This document shows, in pieces, positions 9,853-17,913 of a DNA stretch of 32,199 bases. A program made the position numbers and the translations under genes. The number at the start of each line of letters is the position of its first letter. The stretch's first letter is position 1. The stretch spans positions 1 to 32,199 of the forward strand of contig CAYHQT010000001.1 of assembly GCA_964358975.1 (NCBI GenBank). Direction: 5' to 3'. Origin of the DNA: an uncultured Candidatus Saccharibacteria bacterium. Lineage in GTDB: Bacteria > Patescibacteriota > Minisyncoccia > Phycocordibacterales > PALSA-1337. The notes below the pieces were generated by a model. That model did no database searches, was not told the DNA's origin, and saw only the letters and a program-made list of their open reading frames with translations.

Positions 9853-9912
9853 AGGGATGGCAGAGTGAACTCTCTCGACTATGTGGTGATGGTGCGGAAT
9901 TGGACGGTGTAA
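9853..9912 (+). repeat. Solo copy of a dockerin-gene 3' end (~60 nt, ends in TAA)
   Basis: gatggcagagtgaactctctcgactatgtggtgatggtgcggaattggacggtgtaa aligns to the ends of the dockerin ORFs (e.g. 4328-4387). It starts ~7 nt after the HEPN stop. Confidence 0.9.
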
Positions 9913-9933
9913 AAGTAAATGGACTTTCTATTC

Positions 9934-9955
9934 CATTTCTAATATAATAGAAATG
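9934..9955 (+). promoter_or_regulatory. 8-bp inverted repeat overlapping a TATAAT box (candidate operator/promoter)
   Basis: catttcta-atataa-tagaaatg, with TATAAT at 9943-9948. A second possible -10 (GATAAT, 9986-9991) lies 5 nt before ATG 9997. Confidence 0.4.
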
Positions 9956-9996
9956 AGGCAGTAATATTAACCAATAAATCGAAACGATAATAAAAT

Positions 9997-10587
9997 ATGA
10001 CTAAAAAGGAGATAATTTGGCGGGAAATCATTGAAAAAACCGCCCAAAAAGAACAATTGAAATTTACTCAAAAAGACTTGGCTAAAAAGTTCGGTTTTTC
10101 GTTGAGCACGATTTTTAACGCTTTAAAAATTCCGCGCCTTCTTGGGGCCATAAAAGTGGGAGGCAGAAGCTTCTCGGTTATTGATCTGGAAAAATTTCTG
10201 TATATCTGGGCGACCAACAGGAATTTGGATAAAGAAAAAATATATGAAACCCATGTGCCGAAAGCACCCAAAGAAATAGAAGGACTTTTGCCGGCGGAAA
10301 CGATTTTCGGCGCTTATAGCGCCTATTGCAAAAAATATTCCGACACGCCGGCCGACTACGATAAAGTCTATGTTTATGCCAATCCGGCGACGCTCGCGGA
10401 AATAAAAAAGAGATTTCCCAAAGTCAAAGGCTATGCGAATCTTTTCGTGTTGAAGAGCAATCCATCGCTTGACCGCTTCGGCGCTGTCACGCCGGATGTT
10501 CAGACATTCGTTGACCTTTGGAACTTGAAAGACTGGTACGTCAAAGATTATTTGAACGAAATTAAAAAGAAAATTTTACCGTTTTAA
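9997..10587 (+). CDS. Winged-helix/HTH protein, putative antitoxin of an AbiE-like pair
   Basis: HTH-like segment FTQKDLAKKFGFSLSTIFNALK. It ends 4 nt before the NTase-like partner. Confidence 0.5.
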   Translation: MTKKEIIWREIIEKTAQKEQLKFTQKDLAKKFGFSLSTIFNALKIPRLLGAIKVGGRSFSVIDLEKFLYIWATNRNLDKEKIYETHVPKAPKEIEGLLPAETIFGAYSAYCKKYSDTPADYDKVYVYANPATLAEIKKRFPKVKGYANLFVLKSNPSLDRFGAVTPDVQTFVDLWNLKDWYVKDYLNEIKKKILPF

Positions 10588-10591
10588 TTCT

Positions 10592-11209
10592 ATGGAATTT
10601 TATCACAATTTAATCACCGAAAAGAGCTTCCAATATCTGGAGGATTTGAAACGTCGCCACGATTTCGTTCTTATCGGCGGTTGGGCGGTTTTTATGTATT
10701 CTCGGCAATTGAAATCAAAAGACATAGATATTATCATTGATTATTCGGAACTGGCCAAAATGAAGGAAGAATACGATGTCGTGAAAAATGATCGTTTAAA
10801 AAAATATGAAATTAAAACCGGCGAGTTTGATATTGATATTTACTTGCCACATTATTCCGAATTAGGCGTTGATATTGAAGAAATCATAGAAACAGTCATT
10901 GTCCGTGGCGGGTTCAAAATCCCTTCATTAGAAATGCTTTTCCTGTTGAAACTTCATGCCTTTGAAAATCGTCGCGGTTCGGTCAAAGGGCAGAAAGATG
11001 AACTGGATTTGTTAAGTTTGGCGATATTGCCGGAATTTAATTGGCAAATATATTTGGCAATAGTCGCTAAATTTGATTTTACGACACCCCACGGATTGTT
11101 TTTAGATTTTCTAGGCAGAACCGTAGAGGTGAAAGAATTAGATTTGAATGAGCAAAAAATGTCCAAAATCAAGAAAATGATACGAGCTCGTTGTGAAAGT
11201 AAAAATTAA
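10592..11209 (+). CDS. Minimal nucleotidyltransferase-fold protein (divergent AbiEii-like), putative toxin
   Basis: FVLIGGWAVFMYSRQLKSKDIDIII resembles the GG.A....R.S.D[IL]D core of AbiEii/DUF1814 NTases. Confidence 0.5.
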   Translation: MEFYHNLITEKSFQYLEDLKRRHDFVLIGGWAVFMYSRQLKSKDIDIIIDYSELAKMKEEYDVVKNDRLKKYEIKTGEFDIDIYLPHYSELGVDIEEIIETVIVRGGFKIPSLEMLFLLKLHAFENRRGSVKGQKDELDLLSLAILPEFNWQIYLAIVAKFDFTTPHGLFLDFLGRTVEVKELDLNEQKMSKIKKMIRARCESKN

Positions 11210-11217
11210 TCTCGTTA

Positions 11218-11267
11218 GAATCAACTCTCTAGACTATGTGGTCATGGTGCGGAATTGGACACTATAA
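11218..11267 (+). repeat. Solo copy of a dockerin-gene 3' end (~50 nt, diverged last codons, in-frame TAA)
   Basis: gaatcaactctctagactatgtggtcatggtgcggaattggacactataa. It starts ~9 nt after the preceding stop codon. Confidence 0.85.
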
Positions 11268-11300
11268 GTAAGAAGTATACTCAATCTATTCTCCAAAAAG

Positions 11301-11311
11301 TGTGCTATAAT
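11301..11311 (+). promoter_or_regulatory. Extended -10 box TGTGCTATAAT, 6 nt upstream of ATG 11318 (leaderless)
   Basis: TATAAT 11306-11311, gcgcgc, then ATG. The same 19-mer aaaagtgtgctataatgcg recurs at 25342-25360. Confidence 0.6.
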
Positions 11312-11317
11312 GCGCGC

Positions 11318-11716
11318 ATGAATATAGATAGTATAGAATCAAAAGCGACCGAACTGGCTCACAAATACAATCTGGACATGATCGTCCTTTTCGGTTCTCG
11401 TGCCGATAATACCGCTACTTCCAAAAGCGATGTGGATATTGCTTATACAAAAAAAGAATCTCTTTCTTTCGAAGATCAGTTATCGCTGGGCAGTGAATTG
11501 GCTCCTCTTTTCGGCACCGAAGCCGTGGATGTTGTCTATTTGAATAGAACATCACCGGTATTCATGTATCAAATAATGAAAAAAGCCAAACTTCTGTTTT
11601 CGAAGAGTTCAATGTCATTTTCTAACCTTTTTTCTTACGCCATAAAAAGACTTCATGAAAACATGTTTTTGTATGATTTGAAGCTTGATAGATTGCGCGC
11701 GGAGTACGGCGTATAA
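11318..11716 (+). CDS. mntA: MNT-type nucleotidyltransferase antitoxin
   Basis: LFGSRADNTATSKSDVDIAY. The start was moved from the track's TTG 11255, which lies inside the solo repeat, to ATG 11318 just after the promoter box. Confidence 0.85.
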   Translation: MNIDSIESKATELAHKYNLDMIVLFGSRADNTATSKSDVDIAYTKKESLSFEDQLSLGSELAPLFGTEAVDVVYLNRTSPVFMYQIMKKAKLLFSKSSMSFSNLFSYAIKRLHENMFLYDLKLDRLRAEYGV

Positions 11717-11737
11717 TTAATAGGTAATTCAAATTCC

Positions 11738-12157
11738 ATGCCTCTTGAAAAAACATTCATTATTTCCAAAATCGAACGCATAAGGGAGAGTCTCGGTAAG
11801 GTCAGATCCAAGCTTCAGTTTTCCGATGAAGAAATACTTCGTTCAGACGATCATCTTGCGGTTTTGGAACGAAATTTCCAGTTGATGGTTGATTACGCGA
11901 TAGATATCAATCATCATTTCATAAAAGAAGGCGGGTATGGTATTCCTGATGATTTACAAAGTACTTTCACGGCTCTTGGAGAGCATAATATTCTACAAAA
12001 AGAATTCGCCGACAAAATCGGCAGGTCAGTCGGCTTGAGAAATCGCATAGTGCATCAATACGAAGATGTGAAGCCCGCGGTTTTTGTGGAGAGTCTAAGG
12101 AAAAATATTGGAGATTATGATGAGTACATAAGATACATACTCTCGAATATAAAATAA
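11738..12157 (+). CDS. hepT: HEPN (DUF86/HepT-like) toxin
   Basis: 139 aa with R-x4-H in GLRNRIVHQYEDV. Paralogous to 9421..9846. Confidence 0.85.
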   Translation: MPLEKTFIISKIERIRESLGKVRSKLQFSDEEILRSDDHLAVLERNFQLMVDYAIDINHHFIKEGGYGIPDDLQSTFTALGEHNILQKEFADKIGRSVGLRNRIVHQYEDVKPAVFVESLRKNIGDYDEYIRYILSNIK

Positions 12158-12204
12158 TTGATTGAAAAAGGTTTGAGGCTTTCTAGCTAGAAGAAATATT
12201 CACT

Positions 12205-15105
12205 ATGCCAATATTCCAGAGAATACTTTTCAAAGATATTATCAAAACCGAACACGGCATTGTCCTCTTACTTTCCAGTTTCATTCTCGTCACCACTCTC
12301 ATTGGTCAAAGTTGGAATGATTTTGCCTTGATTGCCGACCAGACCATTCAATCTATTCCAGCGCATACTCAACTAGCTCAAGTTAGCAGTCCCTCGTCGT
12401 TCTTCTCTTTCGCTTACGCTCAGGATCAGAACTCCTCTGGACAATTAGCCCAAGGGCTAATTGGCTGGTGGAAGTTTGACGAGGGCTCCGGCACGACCGC
12501 GGGGGATTCAAGCGGGAATGGAAATAATGGGACGCTGGTGAATTTTCCTACGAATAATTCTGGATGGATCGGAGGAGCCCTCTCTTTTGACGGGGTGGAT
12601 GATTATGTAAATGTTCCTGCTGTTAATTCGTTTTCCGCTAATGCTCCGATGACAATTAGCGCATGGTTCAAACCGGCCACAATCAATACTGGTGGTTCAG
12701 TGAAGTGCATTGTCTGTATCCCTAATCAAACATATGATGCCGCGGGAATAGGATATTTAAACAATAATCTAAGCTTCGCAATCGGCACTGAAACCTATGA
12801 TACCGGCGGAGTAAATGGAGGCAGCATAGTGGCGAATAAGTGGTATTTTATAACAGGAACATTCAACGGAACTGTGCAGAAACTTTATCTTAATGGTGCG
12901 TATGTAAATCAAAGTTTATCCGCGACATTAAATGCTTTTTCTTCATTAAAAATTGGCGGAAACGGAGGTGGTACTCGTTATTTCAAAGGTTCTCTCGACG
13001 ACGTCCGCGTCTACAACCGTGCCCTTTCCCAAGACGAGATCACTCAGCTCTATGCTCTTGGTTCCGCTCAAACGCCTTCCGACACCACCGCTCCTTCGGT
13101 GCCCACATCTTTTTCTGCCACAGCCATATCTTCCTCCCAAATCAATCTTTTCTGGACTGCTTCTACCGATAATACGGTCGTAACCGGTTACAAAATATAC
13201 AGAGGAGGAACGCAGGTCGGGACTTCAGCCACTAACTCATATTCTGATACTGGTCTTACCGCGGATACTTTATACTCGTACACCATTTCCGCTTACGATG
13301 CTGCCGGAAACATATCTTCACAGTCTTCCTCGGCTTCCGCTACCACACAACCCGCTTCTGTTTCCATCTACACTCTTACCGTTTCCAAATCAGGCACTGC
13401 CGCCGGCACAGTTTCTGGTGGTTCAATCAATTGCGGCTCTACTTGCGTCCAATCAAACATTACGGCAGGCACATCAATCACTCTAACCGCCGTTCCTAAC
13501 TCCAACTCCACTTTTACCGGCTGGTCTGGAGGCGGATGTTCTGGAACAGGAACTTGCTCTGTAACCGTTAACTCCGATTCAATCATAACTGCCACATTTA
13601 CCCAAAACCAGACTCAAGCTTCGGGTAATAAGTATATTACCCCCAATGGCGCTGGATTAAAGGATGGTTCGGACTGGGCAAATGCCTATGCCGGATTGCC
13701 TGCCTCGGGAACTCTGCAACGAGGAGCGACATATTATTTTTCAGCCGGAACATACGTAATCCCCTATACATTTTATAGCCTGAAACACAAATTTAATGAC
13801 CCTAATGACGGCACAAAAGTAATTACGATAAAGAAAGCAACTGCCGCGGAGCACGGCACGGATGTCGGCTGGCAGACAAGTTACGGAGGAATGAGCATCT
13901 GGACAGCTTCAGCAGGGGAGGGCACACATGCCATGCTTTGGTTCATTACGGACTACTATGTATTTGACGGCGGTTCAAGGGATCAATGCATACTTGACGC
14001 GAATAATACCGTCGAAGGACAAGCAGGGTTTATTCGGACTGACGGGTCGCATATTACCATTTCAAATTGCACGATTACAAAATATCTCGAATCTAAAGTC
14101 GTGCTCAATGGGGGTTCATACAATACGTTTTCACATTTATATTTTATAAACAACTATAAAAGCGATATTTTTTATCTTTGGGGGAGCTATAACACTATCA
14201 GCTATAACGAAGTGGACGGGTCAACGGAGCCTGCCGATCCCAATCCATCCTCGGGGAATCACGCGGACTTTGTTCAGACATTTGATATTAATACCCCGGG
14301 AACTATAGCTACTGATAATCTGATCGAATACAATTATGTTCATGATTCTCCTACACGCCAGTTATTTATGCTCTCGCAAATGCATTCCTCCTCTCGTTTT
14401 GAAAACTGGACATTTAGGAACAATATCTTTGCAAACACAGCGCCTGGATTTTCAGCGACAGTTGGCATAAACCTCTATAATAATATCTTTTATAATGTCG
14501 GCACTCTAAGCCATACCTATGCCGCATTTATCGGCCTGGGTTCCATTGCTTTTAATAATGCATTTTTATCCGGAACCGCCGGCCTTCTTTATTCTGGAGG
14601 GGCTAACCCAAATATCGATTATAACTATTTCGCTAATATTACAAATAATTATGCCGCACCAAGCTATTTTAATGTAAGTAGCATCGGAACACATAATATT
14701 TTGGGAGGAACTCCTGATTTTGTAAATGAAGCTCTGCAGGATTTTCATTTAAAACCAGGCAGCAGGATTATAGATGCGGGCATTGCTCCCGCAATATCTT
14801 TCGTTGATTATGATGGGGTTTCTCGCCCCCAAGGCTCGGCTTGGGACATTGGCGCTTACGAATACTATTCAGGCCAGTCGGTTACTCCACCTGTTTCAAA
14901 TCCAGTAAATAGTTTACCGATCACACCCGTCACTCCTCCTACCCTTATCATCGGCGACTTCAATAACGACGGCATAGTCAATTCCATTGACCTTTCTCTC
15001 ATGATTACCGCCTGGAATACGAGCAACACTATTTATGACCTCAACAGAGATGGAGCAGTCAACTCTCTGGATTATGTGATGATGGTAAGGAATTGGACGG
15101 TGTAA
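12205..15105 (+). CDS. Giant surface protein: TM leader - LamG - Fn3 - B-repeat-like Cys domain - beta-helix - dockerin
   Basis: 966 aa with the family leader (..EHGIVLLLSSFILVTTLIGQSW..ADQTIQSIP). LamG: GLIGWWKFDEGSGT...LDDVRVYNRALSQDEI. Fn3: APSVPTSFSATAISSSQINLFW. Divergent InlB-B-repeat-like domain: YTLTVSKSGTAAGTVSGGSINCGSTC...FTGWSGGGCSGTGTCSV. The beta-helix ends in SRPQGSAWDIGAYEY and is followed by the dockerin. Confidence 0.9.
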   Translation: MPIFQRILFKDIIKTEHGIVLLLSSFILVTTLIGQSWNDFALIADQTIQSIPAHTQLAQVSSPSSFFSFAYAQDQNSSGQLAQGLIGWWKFDEGSGTTAGDSSGNGNNGTLVNFPTNNSGWIGGALSFDGVDDYVNVPAVNSFSANAPMTISAWFKPATINTGGSVKCIVCIPNQTYDAAGIGYLNNNLSFAIGTETYDTGGVNGGSIVANKWYFITGTFNGTVQKLYLNGAYVNQSLSATLNAFSSLKIGGNGGGTRYFKGSLDDVRVYNRALSQDEITQLYALGSAQTPSDTTAPSVPTSFSATAISSSQINLFWTASTDNTVVTGYKIYRGGTQVGTSATNSYSDTGLTADTLYSYTISAYDAAGNISSQSSSASATTQPASVSIYTLTVSKSGTAAGTVSGGSINCGSTCVQSNITAGTSITLTAVPNSNSTFTGWSGGGCSGTGTCSVTVNSDSIITATFTQNQTQASGNKYITPNGAGLKDGSDWANAYAGLPASGTLQRGATYYFSAGTYVIPYTFYSLKHKFNDPNDGTKVITIKKATAAEHGTDVGWQTSYGGMSIWTASAGEGTHAMLWFITDYYVFDGGSRDQCILDANNTVEGQAGFIRTDGSHITISNCTITKYLESKVVLNGGSYNTFSHLYFINNYKSDIFYLWGSYNTISYNEVDGSTEPADPNPSSGNHADFVQTFDINTPGTIATDNLIEYNYVHDSPTRQLFMLSQMHSSSRFENWTFRNNIFANTAPGFSATVGINLYNNIFYNVGTLSHTYAAFIGLGSIAFNNAFLSGTAGLLYSGGANPNIDYNYFANITNNYAAPSYFNVSSIGTHNILGGTPDFVNEALQDFHLKPGSRIIDAGIAPAISFVDYDGVSRPQGSAWDIGAYEYYSGQSVTPPVSNPVNSLPITPVTPPTLIIGDFNNDGIVNSIDLSLMITAWNTSNTIYDLNRDGAVNSLDYVMMVRNWTV

Positions 15106-15113
15106 ACGAACGC

Positions 15114-15142
15114 TTGACTTTCCTGTTATTTTTGCCTAATAT
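15114..15142 (+). promoter_or_regulatory. Sigma70-type promoter for hicBA, leaderless
   Basis: TTGACT (15114-15119), 17-nt spacer, TAATAT (15137-15142), ggaacc, then ATG 15149. Confidence 0.6.
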
Positions 15143-15148
15143 GGAACC

Positions 15149-15385
15149 ATGAAGCATATCATTCAATTCTCTATTACGCGAGAAGACGGCACCTATACTG
15201 CCAATGGTGTCAATGTGCCTATTGTTACAGAAGGTAAAACTTTTGAGGAATTAGAAGGCAATATACATGAAGCTGTCGGACTATATTTCGATGGTGAAGA
15301 TCCGACTTCGTTGGGCTTCGTTGCGTCCCCGGCAGTTCTTACCAACTTTGAACTTATCCCCGCTGTCTATGGAAGTAAAGCTTAA
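15149..15385 (+). CDS. hicB: HicB-family antitoxin (short UPF0150-type)
   Basis: 78 aa. The motif ..TREDGTYTANGVNVPIVTEGKTFEELEGNIHEAVGLYF is typical of the HicB N-domain. It overlaps the hicA start. Confidence 0.75.
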   Translation: MKHIIQFSITREDGTYTANGVNVPIVTEGKTFEELEGNIHEAVGLYFDGEDPTSLGFVASPAVLTNFELIPAVYGSKA

Positions 15386-15611
15386 AGTATTGTCAGGGAT
15401 ACAAGTGACCAAAATTCTGGAGAATTACGGTTTTTCTGTTCATGCACAAAATGGAAGTCATATAAAGTTGAGAAGAACAACAATGGGCATAAGAGAGATT
15501 TTGATTGTTCCGAATCATAACCCTATTGCAAAAGGAACCTTGAAAGCAATTTTCACCCAAGCATCGCAATACATTTCAGAAACTGAATTGAGGAAACATT
15601 TTTATAATTGA
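15369..15611 (+). CDS. hicA: HicA-family mRNA interferase toxin
   Basis: MEVKLKVLSGIQVTKILENYGFSVHAQNGSHIKLRR...VPNHNPIAKGTLKAI matches the HicA dsRBD-like pattern. The start was set at internal ATG 15369; the track ORF starts at 15267 inside hicB. Confidence 0.75.
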   Translation: MEVKLKVLSGIQVTKILENYGFSVHAQNGSHIKLRRTTMGIREILIVPNHNPIAKGTLKAIFTQASQYISETELRKHFYN

Positions 15612-15616
15612 TTTTA

Positions 15617-15695
15617 ACTCCCTCGATGACGTGCACATCTACTCTCGCGCCCTGTCGGCCAACAAAGTGAAGCAGTTGTATAATCTGGGGAGATA
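15617..15695 (+). repeat. Solo 3' end of a LamG-repeat gene (encodes NSLDDVHIYSRALSANKVKQLYNLGR*)
   Basis: It aligns with the last codons of 30..626 (IDDVRVYNRALTGIEVKQLYNIGR*) and 15751..17907. It starts 6 nt after the hicA stop and has no ORF body upstream. Confidence 0.85.
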
Positions 15696-15703
15696 GGGGA
15701 GCC

Positions 15704-15724
15704 GAAAAAGGTCGGACCTTTTTC
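15704..15724 (+). terminator. A/T-rich palindrome (gaaaaaggtc g gacctttttc), possible bidirectional terminator
   Basis: Perfect 10-nt inverted arms, but the stem is weak. It lies between the solo fragment and the next promoter. Confidence 0.3.
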
Positions 15725-15735
15725 CCGCGATAATG

Positions 15736-15744
15736 TGTTAAAAT
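15736..15744 (+). promoter_or_regulatory. Extended -10 (TGtTAAAAT), 6 nt upstream of ATG 15751 (leaderless)
   Basis: TAAAAT 15739-15744, ataccc, then ATG. Confidence 0.5.
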
Positions 15745-15750
15745 ATACCC

Positions 15751-17907
15751 ATGCGCTCGAAGTTAGAATTTAGAATTTGGAATTTGGAATTTTGGGCAAA
15801 AATTCTATTTTTTGTTTTTATTATTCTATATTCCATATTCCATATTCCAAATTCCGTAAAAGCCTCCTTCGTCTCAAACTCTTCCTCCAATTTCACCAAC
15901 ACCTTGAAAACCGGCCTAGTCGGCTGGTGGACTTTTGACGGCGCCAATATGAAGAATAATGTGACCGACAGCAGTGGGCAGAATAACAATGGAAACATGG
16001 TCGGCTGGACTTCCACATCCAGCGCCATCGTGGCGGGCAAGCTGGGGCAGGGGTTGAGGTTTGATGGGGTGAATGATGTTGTAACGGGCCCAACCTACAA
16101 TGGCGTAAAAACAGTCTCATTCTGGCTAAAGCCCAATTCCACAACCCAGCAAATCTTAATGCTAGATGCCAATCTTGCTTCAACCAGCGTAAGTTCCGGA
16201 ACGATATCCGCCAACAATTTCACCAGTCCTACTATTTATGTAGACGGCGCTGTTTCTTCCACTATCTCAAATACCAATTGGCATTTCATTACCATTACAA
16301 CCGCGACAACCATCAACGCTTCCGCCATTAAAATAGGTCAAACCGGAACCGGGTATTATAAAGGTCTCCTCGACGACGTCCGCGTTTACAACCGAGTATT
16401 ATCCGCCAGCGAAGTTAAACAGCTCTACTCCATGGGCGCCGACACGAAAATGAACATTACGCCAACGGCTTGGCCAAGCCCGCTTAAGCAAGGACTGACT
16501 CTCTGGTGGACGCTGGACGGCGCCGACACGAAATGGAATACGCAAAAAGAGAATGATAAAAGCGGTACCGGCTCCGCGGGGTCGGTGGGAACGCTCGCGG
16601 GTTTTTCCACTTCAACCAGCGTGCTTCCGGGTAAAATGGGGCAGGCGCTCTCCTTTAACGGCGCCAGCAATGTTTATTCAACGAATGCCATATCCGCTTT
16701 TATGAGCAACGCGACGGGCACGATGTCTCTTTGGTTCTACCCAAAAAACGGCAACTCCGGTACCTGTTCGGACGGCAGTATGTCAGCTCTTATTTCCGAC
16801 TATGACGGCGTAAGCCTCGGCGGTTACGCTTGGCTCGGCTATGACGGCGCCAATCTTTGCGCCGGCGGCTATGACGGCGTCCTGCGCGTGATTTCTTCGG
16901 CTGTTTCAAAAAACAAGTGGACGCACGCAGTTTGGGTTCATAAGAACGGAGTGCTCACGCTCTGGAAAGACGGCGCTCTGGTCAGCGCGCAAACGCTCGG
17001 CAATATCTCCGATATTTCGCGCCCTATGTACCTCGGCCGCTCTTATCTCAACACTTATTTTAACGGATATTTGGATGATGTTCGCATGTACTCAACCGCC
17101 CTCTCCACTTCTACCATCCAGACACTCTACAATGCCGGCGCGAGCACGAAAGTTAATGTCTCTTTAAGTCCGCCGCAAAGTTTGGGACAAACGAACTTGA
17201 TGACGGGACTCGTCGGCTGGTGGACCTTCGACGGCAAGGACACCAACTGGGCCACCGGCGTGACGAACGATAAGTCTGGAAATAGTAACAACGGGCAACT
17301 TATCAATATGTCAACGAGCACGAGCGTGGTCCGGGGGAAGCTGGGGCAGGGGTTGAAGTTTGATGGAATTAGTGGCGCATCTTCCGGTACCTATGTGAAT
17401 GTAGGGTCACCTACAACATTGACAAACCTCTCTGCTTTAACAGTGTCGGTATGGGCGAAAACAAATGGTTACGGTGTATCTGGTCAGGGTGTTCTTGTCA
17501 GCAAAAAAAGCTGGTATGGCGCAGGTGACGGATGGCTTTTTAGCGTTAATAGCTCATATCACGACATTGATTTTTTCCGAAAATACGATGGAGGCACATC
17601 CTTGGATGTTCTCTCCACCGCTAATACTTTGACAACTAGCGATTTTGGCAAATGGATTCATTGGACTGTAACAACTGATGGCACTGCAAACGCTTCAGGT
17701 GTTCACATCTACAAGAATGGCGTGGATGTTACAGGTACAACCGTTACTAACGGAGTCGGAAACAGATACAGTGATGCGGCAATCAATCTTGAATTAGGTA
17801 ATGTATTATACAATCAGACTTTTAATGGTGTTCTCGACGATATTCGCGTATACAATCGGGTGTTGTCCGTTACCGAAATCAAACAACTCTATAATATGGG
17901 TAAATAA
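15751..17907 (+). CDS. Secreted protein of four tandem LamG domains (Sec-type signal peptide)
   Basis: 718 aa. Signal: KILFFVFIILYSIFHIPNSVKA|SF. There are four LamG units. Three open with GL[VT][GL]WWT[FL]DG (nt ~15916, 16492, 17206) and the second, internal unit lacks this opener. Each ends with LDD[VI]R[VM]Y..LS...[IV].[QT]LY. Confidence 0.9.
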   Translation: MRSKLEFRIWNLEFWAKILFFVFIILYSIFHIPNSVKASFVSNSSSNFTNTLKTGLVGWWTFDGANMKNNVTDSSGQNNNGNMVGWTSTSSAIVAGKLGQGLRFDGVNDVVTGPTYNGVKTVSFWLKPNSTTQQILMLDANLASTSVSSGTISANNFTSPTIYVDGAVSSTISNTNWHFITITTATTINASAIKIGQTGTGYYKGLLDDVRVYNRVLSASEVKQLYSMGADTKMNITPTAWPSPLKQGLTLWWTLDGADTKWNTQKENDKSGTGSAGSVGTLAGFSTSTSVLPGKMGQALSFNGASNVYSTNAISAFMSNATGTMSLWFYPKNGNSGTCSDGSMSALISDYDGVSLGGYAWLGYDGANLCAGGYDGVLRVISSAVSKNKWTHAVWVHKNGVLTLWKDGALVSAQTLGNISDISRPMYLGRSYLNTYFNGYLDDVRMYSTALSTSTIQTLYNAGASTKVNVSLSPPQSLGQTNLMTGLVGWWTFDGKDTNWATGVTNDKSGNSNNGQLINMSTSTSVVRGKLGQGLKFDGISGASSGTYVNVGSPTTLTNLSALTVSVWAKTNGYGVSGQGVLVSKKSWYGAGDGWLFSVNSSYHDIDFFRKYDGGTSLDVLSTANTLTTSDFGKWIHWTVTTDGTANASGVHIYKNGVDVTGTTVTNGVGNRYSDAAINLELGNVLYNQTFNGVLDDIRVYNRVLSVTEIKQLYNMGK

Positions 17908-17913
17908 AGTTAT

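Noticed and set aside
8926-11267. Regularly spaced direct repeats as a CRISPR array
   Set aside because: The repeats are 46-109 nt and of unequal length. The spacers are 0.9-1.3 kb and contain complete genes. The repeats are clearly derived from a protein-coding 3' end. No cas genes are present.
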